64,000 nucleotides of DNA from Rebecca billardiae RCC1528 (taxonomy: Eukaryota; Protista; Haptophyta). The notes beneath the pieces are model-generated. The model was not told where the DNA came from. It did not search any database and worked only from the letters and a program-made list of their open reading frames with translations. Of the stretch, positions 45,101 through 56,031 are shown in pieces. The position numbers were made by a program, and so were the translations under genes. The stretch spans positions 1,178,001 to 1,242,000 of the forward strand of contig OZ251226.1 in NCBI GenBank assembly GCA_965240325.2. Direction: 5' to 3'. Every line of letters starts with the position of its first letter. Position 1 is the stretch's first letter.

Positions 45101-47258
45101 GGCGCAGCGCGCGGCTCGAGCGGAAGCGCCTCTTCGTCGCGCGGCACGACGCGGCGCAGCTGCAGCACAGCCTGCACGAGGCGGCGCACGACCGCACGCG
45201 CCTCGCATTCGATCTCGGCGTGCTGGCGGCTGAGCTCGGCCGCGCCGAGGCGGATCGTGTGCCCGAGCCCGAGCCCGGGTCTGGCGTGTTCGCGCAGGAG
45301 CTCGCCGAGCGATGCACGGCTCTCGAGGCGGAGCGCGACGCTGCACACGCAGCCTCGCGCGCGCTCGCCGCCGAGCTCGCCGCCCTCCGCGCTCGCGGGG
45401 GCCCGGCCCGAAGCCAGCACGGCGGTGGCCCGGTCGATGGCGCCGCAAGGGCGGCGGCGTGGAGCGGCACCGACGCAGCCGTGGCCGCACCTCTCCACGA
45501 CGCCACGAACCTGCCGTCTGGCACGCAGCTGCGCGAGCTGCGCGTGCGCGAGGCTGCGCTGGCCGAGGCGGAGTCGCAGCTCGAGGCGGAGGCGCGCAAG
45601 CGCGCCCGGCTCGAGAAGATCGTGCACAAGCTGATGAAGGAGCTGCGCGCCACCAAGGCGGAGGCGAGCGACGGGCGCGCTGCGGCGCTCGGCGCGCTGC
45701 GCGAGGTGGGCGCCGAGGTGCGCGCGGCGGTGGACGGCGCGGAGGCGTCGCTCCGCCGCGGGCACGAGCTGACGCAGCAGTCGCTCGAGCGCGTGGGCGA
45801 GCGCGTGCGCGCGGAGGTGGTCGAGGCGAGTGTCGAGCGCGCGGCGGCGGAGGTGCAGCCGCTGCACGAGCAGCTGCTCGCGGCGCGCGCAGAAGCGTGG
45901 CGCAAGGAGGAGCAGCTCGAGCTGCTGAAGGGCACGCTGAGCGCGCTCAAGGCCGAGCTCGAGCGCAAGTCGCAGGTGAGCGCGGGCGTGCGCGCCCGTG
46001 CACACCCTCGCGTGCGACCCGCGCCCTGCGCGCTCGGCGCCCTGCTCGGCACTTCACACCTCGCGCGCGCGCGTGACGGTGCCATCGCATGCGCACGCCG
46101 ACTCGCGCAGCTACTGACACACGCGCTGGGCACGGACGGTGCCAACGAGTCCGGGACAGCGGCGACAGGTGGCGGCGGGTGCAACGAGAAGCTTGGCGAC
46201 GGGCCGCCCACGCGCGGCTCGGTGCTCAGCGCCATCCTCGGCCGCACCTTCCACGCGGCCGCGAGTGCGACGGTTGCGCGCGCGCCCGTTGCGCCCGCGC
46301 CGGACGGCGCGGCCGCGCCTCTGGCCGCTGTGTCGGTGCACGCGCTGCTCGAGGAGGCGCTTCTCGAGCTGCTCCGACTGCGCGCGAGCGAGTCCGGTGG
46401 CGAGAGCACCGCCGTGCGCGCGGGCGCCTCCGGCGCAGCGCACGCCGACGAGCTGCGCGCGGAGACGCAGCGGCGCCAGCTCCAAGCGGCACTGACCGAC
46501 GCTTCGACACGGCTCGAGGCGGAGGCGCGCAAGCGCGCCCGGCTCGAGAAGATCGTGCACAAGCTGATGAAGGAGCTGCGCGCCACCAAGGCGGAGGCGA
46601 GCGACGGGCGCGCTGCGGCGCTCGGCGCACTGCGCGAGGTGGGCGCCGAGGTGCGCGCCGCGATGGACGGCGCGGAGGCGTCGCTCCGCCGCGCGCACGA
46701 GCTGACGCAGCAGTCGCTCGAGCGCGTGGGCGAGCGCGTGCGCGCGGAGGTGGTCGAGGCGAGTGTCGAGCGCGCGGCGGCGGAGGTGCAGCCGCTGCAC
46801 GAGCAGCTGCTCGCGGCGCGCGCAGAAGCGTGGCGCAAGGAGGAGCAGCTCGAGCTGCTGAAGGGCACGCTGAGCGCGCTCAAGGCCGAGCTCGAGCGCA
46901 AGTCGCAGGTGAGCGCGGGCGTGCGCGCGCGTGCGGACGCGCGTGCGGGGGCATGCTGCACAGGCGCAACGCTGCACCCACTCGGAGGCCTTGTCTGGGA
47001 CTGACCTTCAGCACTCCCTCTCGCGCGCGCCCTTCCGCGCAGCTGATCGACAAAGGCCTTGGACACGGGTCTGATGGAGCAGTCCCGCACGGCGGCCTGC
47101 TCAACGCCGTGTTTGCCAGCGGCAGCGCGCCTCGTAGTCGCCCGCCGGCCGGCAGCGGCGAGAACGGTGGGATCACGCGCCGGGTGCTCGAGGCGTCCCT
47201 GCTTGAGCTCCTCTCGCTTCGCGAGCAGCTCAAGCGGCCACAGGAGGTGGTGGCGTGA
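42173..47258 (+). CDS. Myosin heavy chain (motor, IQ-like neck, duplicated coiled-coil tail)
   Basis: IYTYTGPILIALNP, P-loop GESGAGKTE across intron 42672-42787, FGNAKTLRNDNSSRFGK, DIFGFE, NSFEQLCINYANE. Further predicted introns at 45976-46110 and 46909-47042. Confidence 0.96.
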
Positions 47259-47535
47259 CGTCTTTGACGAGTAGATGAGGAAGCTTGACAACCGCTCACA
47301 GAGCTTGACAGAGCGTAGGACCTCGCGGCCCTTGAGGCGATCCGACGCCATGCCTGGAGTTCACTGATCACGAAACACGACGACGAGCCTGTCCAGCCTG
47401 ACATCATCGCGCGAGGAAAGATGAGATCGTCATTTATGATCTGTCGAATCTTGAGCATTATCACGCAATAACCAGGTTGACGAACCTCATCGTCGGGTCG
47501 TTGTGGAGGGGACGGGCGGACTGGGGTTGATAAAA

Positions 47536-48075
47536 ATGGCGCTAATCGAGACGAGCATTCCTGCACACGAGCGTCGGCTGCGTATTGGGCCGGGCGGCGA
47601 CATACTCGTGCTACCACCCGTCGCACTGTTTGCTGCGCTCGGTGCTGGTGGCCTCGTTGAAGCTCTGGTCCACGCGACAGGCGCAGCCGTGCCACTGTTG
47701 CCCACGCGCGCATTCCCGTTTCTCCTTCGAGGAGCGATTTTTGCCGTTGCTGTCTTTGCGGCGATTGCCCTTGGTGTCACAAGTCACTCCGCGCTGGCTG
47801 CAGTCAACACGCAGCCAGAGTTCACACCCGTGAACGGGCTCGCCAAGACAGGCATCTATCGTCTGACGAGGAATCCAATCTACGCGGCATTCGTCACGAT
47901 CCACTTGGGCGTCGCCATCTTTGCAAACTCCATTCCGGTCTTAATCATGCTCCTACCTTTGCTTCTCTATCTTCACGGTACAATAGTCAAGGAGGAGGAG
48001 CTCCTCGCGCGACTCTTCGGCACCGAGTACGACGAGTTCAAGAGCAAGGTCCCGCGCTGGGCTCTCTGCTGCTGA
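47536..48075 (+). CDS. ICMT/PEMT-family membrane methyltransferase
   Basis: TM helices, TGIYRLTRNPIY, EEELLARLFGTEYDEFKSKVPRW. Confidence 0.88.
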   Translation: MALIETSIPAHERRLRIGPGGDILVLPPVALFAALGAGGLVEALVHATGAAVPLLPTRAFPFLLRGAIFAVAVFAAIALGVTSHSALAAVNTQPEFTPVNGLAKTGIYRLTRNPIYAAFVTIHLGVAIFANSIPVLIMLLPLLLYLHGTIVKEEELLARLFGTEYDEFKSKVPRWALCC

Positions 48076-48630
48076 TGACCCATTGCGGATCGCGCATGCA
48101 CGGCACAGCGCAAGCTGGGGCGATGCGGCGTCGCGCTCTCCACGCAGGCCACACTAATGTCCCGGGAGAAGCCTGGAGCTCGCGGACGCGAGCACGTGCC
48201 GGGGGCTATGGCCGCGTCGCCACTGGTGCAGCGGCGCGGTCGTGTCGCTGGTACCTATAGACGGGGACGCCCGCGCCCGCAGCGGCGGGGAGGCGCGCTT
48301 CCGTTCCGAGGTGGGCGCACGATGGGCGCACGGACAGCTTCGGCTGATGACAGTGCGCACCGTGCTGCACGGCACGCGCACACTACATGGGCTCGGGACA
48401 GTCGGGCGCCGGCCCGGACGGGAATTCTGAAAGGCAGAATGAGATGCTGACCAACGGTACAGTTGACTAGCTACTGTATAAGAATAAGAGACGCACACAG
48501 CTCAGGCAGGCGAGATTGACGCCCGCAGTAATTCCGACCGAAAAAATGTCGCGTGACGATTCCAACCTGAAAATAGCATATACGAATTCGACGATGGCGG
48601 CGAAGGGCGGACCAGCGAGGACGGTTTGAC

Positions 48631-51291
48631 ATGCGTCCGGCCATGTCGTCGTTTCTGTGCTGCGTGCTCGCCGTTGCGCTCGTTGGGCAGCTCGACGCCG
48701 CCCCGAGCGCGCGCCCCGTGGGAAGTCGCACCGAGCCGTGCGGCAACGTGGGCCGCGTCGCCGCCCTCCTCATCGGCTACGTGTCCACGAGCGACTCGCG
48801 GATGCGCCTGCTGGACAGGGCGCTCACCGCGCTCGCGGAGAACGTGGTCGGGCACCTCGGGGCGGACGTGCACGCAGTGTACCAGGCACAGAAAGCGTGC
48901 GCGCCGAGCGCACCGAGCGACGCGTGCGCCCGCGCGCAGCAGCAGCACGAGGCTCTCCTCGAGGGCGCGCTGAGCCGTCGGCTGCAGCCGCGCCTCCGCT
49001 CAGTCGGAGTCGTGCTCGATCCAAGCTGGACGGCGGAGCGGCTGCGCGCGCTGGGCCCAAGTGCCGCGGCGTCAGGCGTGCACCACGAGCGCATCCTTGA
49101 GCTCCTGTACAAGGGCGAGGCCTTCAAGGCCTTCGACGCGCGGTACGCGACAGGCACGACCCGTCAGTGGTTCAAGTTGCGAGAGGCGTGGCGGCTGATG
49201 CAGGCGCACGAGGCGCGGGAGGGCGCGGCGTACGACGTGGTGATCAAGCTGCGGATGGACGCCGTGCCGCTCCCGCGCTGGCGCCTCTGCCCCGCGCGCG
49301 ACGCGCTGCGGCCGGGCGACCCGCCCGTGGTGCACGCGCTCACAGACATAGTGTTCTGGGGCCGGCGTGACGCCATGCAAATTGCGGCCGATCTCTTCGA
49401 CAATCTCGCCTACTTTGAGCGGGCGGAGTACGCGCCGCCGCCGGCGGCGGCGCGCGTGGGGCCCGACGGCGTCGCGCGAGCGCCCGCCGCGCCGCCCGGC
49501 CCGCCGACGCGGCGGCGCGGCCGGCCGGCACTCGGCTCGCGGCCGGTGGCCGTGACGCCGACGCTGGTTGCCGTGCGCTCGCTGCCGGCGCGCGCGTTCT
49601 CAGACTGGACCCTCTACCAGAAGATTGGGCACGTGAACGTGCCGAACGTGTCGGTGGCGGCGTCGGCGGGGTCGGGGGTGCGGTATAAGCCCGGCCACGC
49701 GCCGCGCCACCTCGAGCGCGCCGCCGCGCAGATGGTGGACAGCCTGCGCGCCGCAAAGCGCCAGGGCTTGGAATGGGTAGATCCTCTCGCACCGCGGCCG
49801 GGCGCGCCGGGCGTGCGCGCGCTCGTCGTGTGCGGCGGTCGGTGCGTCGGCTCGCGCGACGGGGTGTTCGTGACGGAGCGCGACTTCATCGTGTGGCTCC
49901 TCGTGCACAACGTGACGGTGTGCGACATGGGCGCGGAGACGAGCTCGCTCCTGTCCAAGACCGGCATGGTCGTGCGCCGCCCCGCGTTCAACGGCTGTGC
50001 GTTTGAACAGCACAGCGGCGGCGGTGGCGGCGACCGCGGCGGCGGCATTGGCGGAGGCAGCGGTGCTGGCGGCGGCGGCGGCGGCGGTGGCGACAGGGGC
50101 GGCTCGTCGGCGGGTGATGCCAGTGCGGGCCGGGCGGGCACATCGGTCAGCACCGGTGCTGCGCACGCACTCGCCTTTGGAGCGCGCCCGGGCGCGGCGG
50201 CTTCCGCATCGACCACTGCCTCGGGCGCGACACGCACCGCGCGCGCGCGGACGCCTAGCGTGGCGCCCAAGCCGCCCCGCGCGGCCGGGGCCGCGCCCAG
50301 GTGCCCCCCAGAGGGAGGGACGTACTCCGCCGGGGACGCGGGCGCGCTTGGCGCACGCACCGCCGTTCGGCACGTCGCCCTTGCCTTCCACGGCCAGTTC
50401 CTGCACCACCGGTCAGCCGTGAAGGCGGTGACGCAGGTGTTGCCCGCGCAGTGGGCGGCCTTCCTGCCGGCCAAGGGCAAGGTTCGGCCAGCACACGCCG
50501 GCGCGGCGGGGCCGGCGGACGTGCCGGCGGACGCGCCGGCGCCTGTCGAGTTCGACACGTTCGTCGCGACGTCGTCGCAGCACCTCGAGCTCAAGCCGTG
50601 CGACGCGCTCGACGGCCCCGCCCTCTGCGCCAACTTGCACAACGCCGGCCGCTTCCGCTACGCCGAGTGCGAGCTTCGGCCGTACAACGGCACGGCGCAG
50701 ATCGCTCGCGCGGTGCAGCTCGGCCTGCCGTTTCGGGACGCGGCCAAGTACTCACTCTTCCCGCACCGCGTGCTCTCGGACTACTCCACGATCGCGCGCG
50801 CGATGCGGCTGCTGCGCGCGCACGAGGCGCGCGCGGGCGCGCAGTACGACCTGGTCGCGCTCAGCCGGATCGACATTTTCTTTTACTTTGTGCGCACGGT
50901 GCCACCCGCCGCGCCGCCCAGCTGGTACGCGCGCGTGCACGGCGCGCGCGTGGTCGGCCGGCGGCGCGCGCACAAGCCGCTGTGGGAGGACCGCTTCATC
51001 ATCGGCCGGCGCGCCGAGATGCTCTCGCTCGAGCGCCTCGCCGACGAGTTCACGCCCAACTTTGTGCAGCTGGGGAACCAGTCGTACCCGGAGGCTCAGA
51101 TCTGGCTGCACTTCAAGCGCGTGCTGGGGCTCGGCCGGCACGCGCCCACCGCCGCGCCGTCCTTCGAGGCGTTCCTCAGCATCGAGGGGTTTCGGCAGAA
51201 CAAGAAGAAGTTCAACAAATACTTCATCGAGCCTCCAGCCGCGCTCGTGCCCGATCCGCGCTTTCGTCGCCCAAGGAAGCCGCCGCATTGA
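48631..51291 (+). CDS. Secretory-pathway protein with two related glycosyltransferase-like modules
   Basis: Signal/anchor; two copies of the pattern AxRLxxAHEARxGAxYDxVxxxRxD followed by D-x-(V/F)-x-x-GRR; Gly-rich linker. The function is inferred. Confidence 0.7.
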   Translation: MRPAMSSFLCCVLAVALVGQLDAAPSARPVGSRTEPCGNVGRVAALLIGYVSTSDSRMRLLDRALTALAENVVGHLGADVHAVYQAQKACAPSAPSDACARAQQQHEALLEGALSRRLQPRLRSVGVVLDPSWTAERLRALGPSAAASGVHHERILELLYKGEAFKAFDARYATGTTRQWFKLREAWRLMQAHEAREGAAYDVVIKLRMDAVPLPRWRLCPARDALRPGDPPVVHALTDIVFWGRRDAMQIAADLFDNLAYFERAEYAPPPAAARVGPDGVARAPAAPPGPPTRRRGRPALGSRPVAVTPTLVAVRSLPARAFSDWTLYQKIGHVNVPNVSVAASAGSGVRYKPGHAPRHLERAAAQMVDSLRAAKRQGLEWVDPLAPRPGAPGVRALVVCGGRCVGSRDGVFVTERDFIVWLLVHNVTVCDMGAETSSLLSKTGMVVRRPAFNGCAFEQHSGGGGGDRGGGIGGGSGAGGGGGGGGDRGGSSAGDASAGRAGTSVSTGAAHALAFGARPGAAASASTTASGATRTARARTPSVAPKPPRAAGAAPRCPPEGGTYSAGDAGALGARTAVRHVALAFHGQFLHHRSAVKAVTQVLPAQWAAFLPAKGKVRPAHAGAAGPADVPADAPAPVEFDTFVATSSQHLELKPCDALDGPALCANLHNAGRFRYAECELRPYNGTAQIARAVQLGLPFRDAAKYSLFPHRVLSDYSTIARAMRLLRAHEARAGAQYDLVALSRIDIFFYFVRTVPPAAPPSWYARVHGARVVGRRRAHKPLWEDRFIIGRRAEMLSLERLADEFTPNFVQLGNQSYPEAQIWLHFKRVLGLGRHAPTAAPSFEAFLSIEGFRQNKKKFNKYFIEPPAALVPDPRFRRPRKPPH

Positions 51292-53203
51292 ACTTTGACT
51301 TTATTCGCATCATCAGACGAAGGCTGGGCGCTTGCCGCACGCGCGTGATTTGCACGACGATGACGTGTAGTCATTGTCGAATACGTAGTAGTAGCATTGT
51401 ATCAGCGCAGTCCTAGTCCGTGTGTTGGCGGCCGTTGCTGTTATTAGTTATGGCGCACGGCCCCCCCGAAAGGTCTGAGCGTGAGCGAAAGCCGGGGGGG
51501 GCGGCGCACGTGCTCCGCAAAATCAAAAAAGAGGATGCGCGCGCAGGATTTGGGGGATTTTTGTATAGGTGGATTTAGGTGTGAAACCGCAGCATGTGTC
51601 TCTATATCGCTGCTCATGATTGCGTTTGTACTGCTCCTTAATCCTTGGATAGTAAGTAATAGAAGAAATCGGAATCAAATAGGACGAAGTCATCTCTGAT
51701 ACCATTCTGATAGTCAAGATTCGTGTGTTGAACTGACCATAAAAAGGTGAGATATCGAACTAATTCTCTGGATAGCTGTTCACTCCTCAGATTCTGACAT
51801 CAAAGCGACGCGATATGGTATTGCGCGGGTAGCTTGAATCGACGTTCCCGCGCGCCCTGGCCTTAGTCTTGGCCTAATGTGGGTGGCATTCGACGTACCT
51901 CTATCTGCGAGGATTAACAGCTCTCTAAAAACGAGTGTGTCCTGGACGGCACGGCGCAGATCGCTCGCGCGGTGCAGCTCGGCCTGCCGTTTCGGGACGC
52001 GGCCAAGTACTCACTCTTCCCGCACCGCGTGCTCTCGGACTACTCCACGATCGCGCGCGCGATGCGGCTGCTGCGCGCGCACGAGGCGCGCGCGGGCGCG
52101 CAGTACGACCTGGTCGCGCTCAGCCGGATCGACATTTTCTTTTACTTTGTGCGCACGGTGCCACCCGCCGCGCCGCCCAGCTGGTACGCGCGCGTGCACG
52201 GCGCGCGCGTGGTCGGCCGGCGGCGCGCGCACAAGCCGCTGTGGGAGGACCGCTTCATCATCGGCCGGCGCGCCGAGATGCTCTCGCTCGAGCGCCTCGC
52301 CGACGAGTTCACGCCCAACTTTGTGCAGCTGGGGAACCAGTCGTACCCGGAGGCTCAGATCTGGCTGCACTTCAAGCGCGTGCTGGGGCTCGGCCGGCAC
52401 GCGCCCACCGCCGCGCCGTCCTTCGAGGCGTTCCTCAGCATCGAGGGGTTTCGGCAGAACAAGAAGAAGTTCAACAAATACTTCATCGAGCCTCCAGCCG
52501 CGCTCGTGCCCGATCCGCGCTTTCGTCGCCCAAGGAAGCCGCCGCATTGAACTTTGACTTTATTCGCATCATCAGACGAAGGCTGGGCGCTTGCCGCACG
52601 CGCGTGATTTGCACGACGATGACGTGTAGTCATTGTCGAATACGTAGTAGTAGCATTGTATCAGCGCAGTCCTAGTCCGTGTGTTGGCGGCCGTTGCTGT
52701 TATTAGTTATGGCGCACGGCCCCCCCGAAAGGTCTGAGCGTGAGCGAAAGCCGGGGGGGGCGGCGCACGTGCTCCGCAAAATCAAAAAAGAGGATGCGCG
52801 CGCAGGATTTGGGGGATTTTTGTATAGGTGGATTTAGGTGTGAAACCGCAGCATGTGTCTCTATATCGCTGCTCATGATTGCGTTTGTACTGCTCCTTAA
52901 TCCTTGGATAGTAAGTAATAGAAGAAATCGGAATCAAATAGGACGAAGTCATCTCTGATACCATTCTGATAGTCAAGATTCGTGTGTTGAACTGACCATA
53001 AAAAGGTGAGATATCGAACTAATTCTCTGGATAGCTGTTCACTCCTCAGATTCTGCATCAAAGCGACGCGATATGGTATTGCGCGGGTAGCTTGAATCGA
53101 CGTTCCCGCGCGCCCTGGCCTTAGTCTTGGCCTAATGTGGGTGGCATTCGACGTACCTCTATCTGCGAGGATTAACAGCTCTCTAAAAACGAGTGTGTCC
53201 TGG
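50687..53203 (+). repeat. About 1259-bp direct tandem duplication (50687-51945 / 51946-53203)
   Basis: The copies appear identical except for one extra A near 51797; AC microhomology at the junction. The unit includes the gene 3' end and the first about 500 bp of the element. Confidence 0.93.
51946..52550 (+). pseudogene. Duplicated 3' fragment of the 48631-51291 gene
   Basis: Same sequence as 50687-51291, with no own start or signal peptide. Confidence 0.8.
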
Positions 53204-54451
53204 ACAGCTTGAAAGGGGAAATCCAAATTTTGCGGTTTTAACCCAATAAGATTCTCATGCCCATATTCAGCATGAGTAGTCATAGGACAATTCATCGGTG
53301 AACAGAATCAAGAAGCCTGGCTTCTTGATATCGAGATCCGATTCACAAAGCCAATCAGCGTGGTCTCCAACTGGCTTGTTAATCACCTGAAAATGGTAAC
53401 GGTGATTAGTGATCACCCGCGTGTCGATGTGATTATTGTGACGAGCAGCCTGAAACCATAATAATAAGCGCGAGTTGCGAGTCGTGAACCGTCACTTTTA
53501 AAATCGGACCCCCGTGCGAGGCGTCGCGCCGCGGACGGCGGCGCCCGGCGTGAGTGACGGCGTCCGCCGGGCCGCCGTGGGCGATGGCGCGCGGCGCGTG
53601 ACCCGACGTCGCTCGCGCGGCTATGGACTCGCTCGAGGGAGCGCTGTGCGCGCTCGCCGAGCCGCCGCTGCCCGCCGCCGCCGCAAGCCGCAGGCCGCTC
53701 GCGCGCCGCGGCCGCGGCGAGGCGCGCCGGCGGCGGCGGCGTGGCGCGCTGCGGAGGCGCCGCTGCTGCCGCCGCGCGCGGCGCAGCGGCTTCTCGCGCA
53801 GTGGTCGGGCGCGGCGCTGTGGCTCGCACCACTGCACCGCGCCCTCGTGGCGGACGGCGGCGCACGCGGCCGCGGCCGTGTGGGCGATGGCGCGCGGCGC
53901 GCGACCCGCGGCGCTCGGCCGTGCGGGCGCGCTCGCGCGGCTATGGACTCGCTCGAGGGAGCGCTGTGCGCGCTCGCCGAGCCGCCGCTGCCCGCCGCCG
54001 CCGCAAGCCGCAAGCCGCTCGCGCGCCGTGGTCCTGGCTGAGGCGGGCGGCGGCGGCGCGGCGCGCGCCGCGGAGGCGCCGCTGCTCGGCCGCCGCGCGC
54101 GGCGCCGAGCGGCTTCTGCCTTCTCGCGAAGTGGTCGGGCGCGGCGCTGTGGCTGCTCTGCGCGCAGCGCGGCTGCGCACACAACGCGCGTGCGAGCTCG
54201 CGTGCACCCCCGGCGCCGCCGCCCGGCTGTCGGATCTTATTGCGCGCCGCTCTGCCTCAGCTGCGTCGCCGTTCACACTGAGCCGAGCACTTGGCAGTCG
54301 GCTGACTCGCCAGTGTGACTCGGCTGCACGGCGCATGCACCGTCCGACCGTCCGACCGTGTCGTCACAAGCCGGCTGCTAGGGCCGTGCGCCCTCAACTT
54401 CGTTGTTCACTACCCGAAGATCGGCGTAGCCGATCATATATATATATATAT
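52706..54451 (+). mobile_element. Non-autonomous Helitron2/Helentron-like element, complete copy B (truncated duplicate at 51447-51945)
   Basis: GTTAT + GGCGCACGGCCC (52711-52722) within a C-run/G-run hairpin; GGGCCGTGCGCC at 54381-54392; hairpin at 54419-54435; (AT)n at 54436-54451; GC-rich cargo at about 53510-54300. Confidence 0.75.
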
Positions 54452-56031
54452 GTATTAATGTGGTTGATGATATGCCATCATGCTGCTCTCCGCTAGCCGC
54501 TAGGTCGGCGGGCGGCGACATCGATTACGACCTCACCCTCATCCAAGTGCTCCGAAAGGCGCTCGGCCGCGGCGGCATCTGCCGTCGCCGCTGCGTGCCC
54601 CAGGCCGAGGCGGTGCTCCATCCCGGCCCCGCTGGCCGCTCCCGTAGAGGGGCAGGGCTCCGGGTGGCGCACTGCCTGCCACCTGGTCGGAAGGCGCGGA
54701 CGCATTCTATGTGTAGTCTGCTGCACTTTGAGCCTGACGCTTGCCCGTTGCATGCCACGTCGTTAAATTAATATATAGAGAGAGGATATATATACTATAT
54801 ATATAGTAGCTATGCCTATAGACTGTAGCTAACTGACCGGTATATATCATTGTTGCTGCTGAGTAGTTAGTGCTGCTATAAATTATTGCTATGTTTTATG
54901 ATGAGCAGTACAGGCAATCGCGGGCAATAAGGAGCTGTCACGTTAAGAAACTGGGGCTTGCTATCTGCGGATCTGGCCTAGAAACTGAGACTAGCGATTG
55001 GCTGGTTCGCTATACGCATAGTCACACTAAGAAACCGGGACTACGTCGTCCCGGCTGACGAGTGGTCCGCCGAGGGCGAGGCGCAGTCGGCCCGCGTCGG
55101 GGACGCGGCGCGCGGCCCGACTACGAGTACAGGCCAAGTCCCGACTTCTCCTGATGACTGACTCCTGGCCAGTGCACCGCAGCATCCATGCAACATCATG
55201 CCAGACTTGCTCCAAAAAGGCCCAAAATTTTCTTCGGCCTCGCCGGCCGGGCCTAAAGACTCAGCGGGGGGCTCTGCTGCGCGGCGGGCGGACCTAGCTA
55301 AGAAACTGAGACTCCGTAGGCGCTCGGGCTACCGAACGGCTAAGAAACCGAGGCTAGCCGTGAGATCTCTGACTTCTTATTGCCCGCGATTGCCTGTAGT
55401 CATGTCAGTGCTGCGCTAACGATCGTCATCAATAAGCGTGCGCATGATGCATGACCCGTATTACGACCGTACACTACTGCTCTGAAGACTACTCTAATCA
55501 GACGGACTGAAGTCTGATAATCTGACTGATATCGATGATGATGATTCTTGATCGGAAGAGTGAGCGAAGACGCTTGGCTCCCCTGTATGTAGTACGCGGC
55601 TTATATCGGCAGCATCCCGATATGTCGCGATGCGATGATGATGATGATATATCGTTGATGCGTGCATCATCACACCATCATGCGTCGTGGGGGCTTTTGC
55701 GTGTCCGAGTGGTTAAGGACTCGGCTCAAAAGCTTAACACATCATCATCAATTCATCATCGTCATCATCAGTGATGACTTCTCATCAGTCGTCTTCTACA
55801 TCAGACATCATCATTGCGTCATAGCATCATTATTCATCATCATCAGCACTTCGTCATCATATCGTCGGGACGACGAGTCGGCGGTCGGGCCAGTACAGAC
55901 TACAGGCGAAGTCATATTCAGAATCATATATCGTGATCGTCATCACATCACTGCGCTCATCAGTGATCGTTGCCATCAATCAGAGTCATCATGCGCGCTG
56001 CCGATATGAGCGTGATGATGTAGTGGCGTCA

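Noticed and set aside
52730-52752. Hammerhead-like CTGA-GC-GTGA-GC-GAAA in the element terminus
   Set aside because: It lacks the CUGANGA core and I find no NUH cleavage site with stems I/III; it is better read as terminal DNA hairpins.
52897-53295. Short ORFs in the AT-rich element interior (also 39989-40402)
   Set aside because: Frames are not conserved between copies, there are many indels, and no Rep, GIY-YIG or capsid motif is recognisable.
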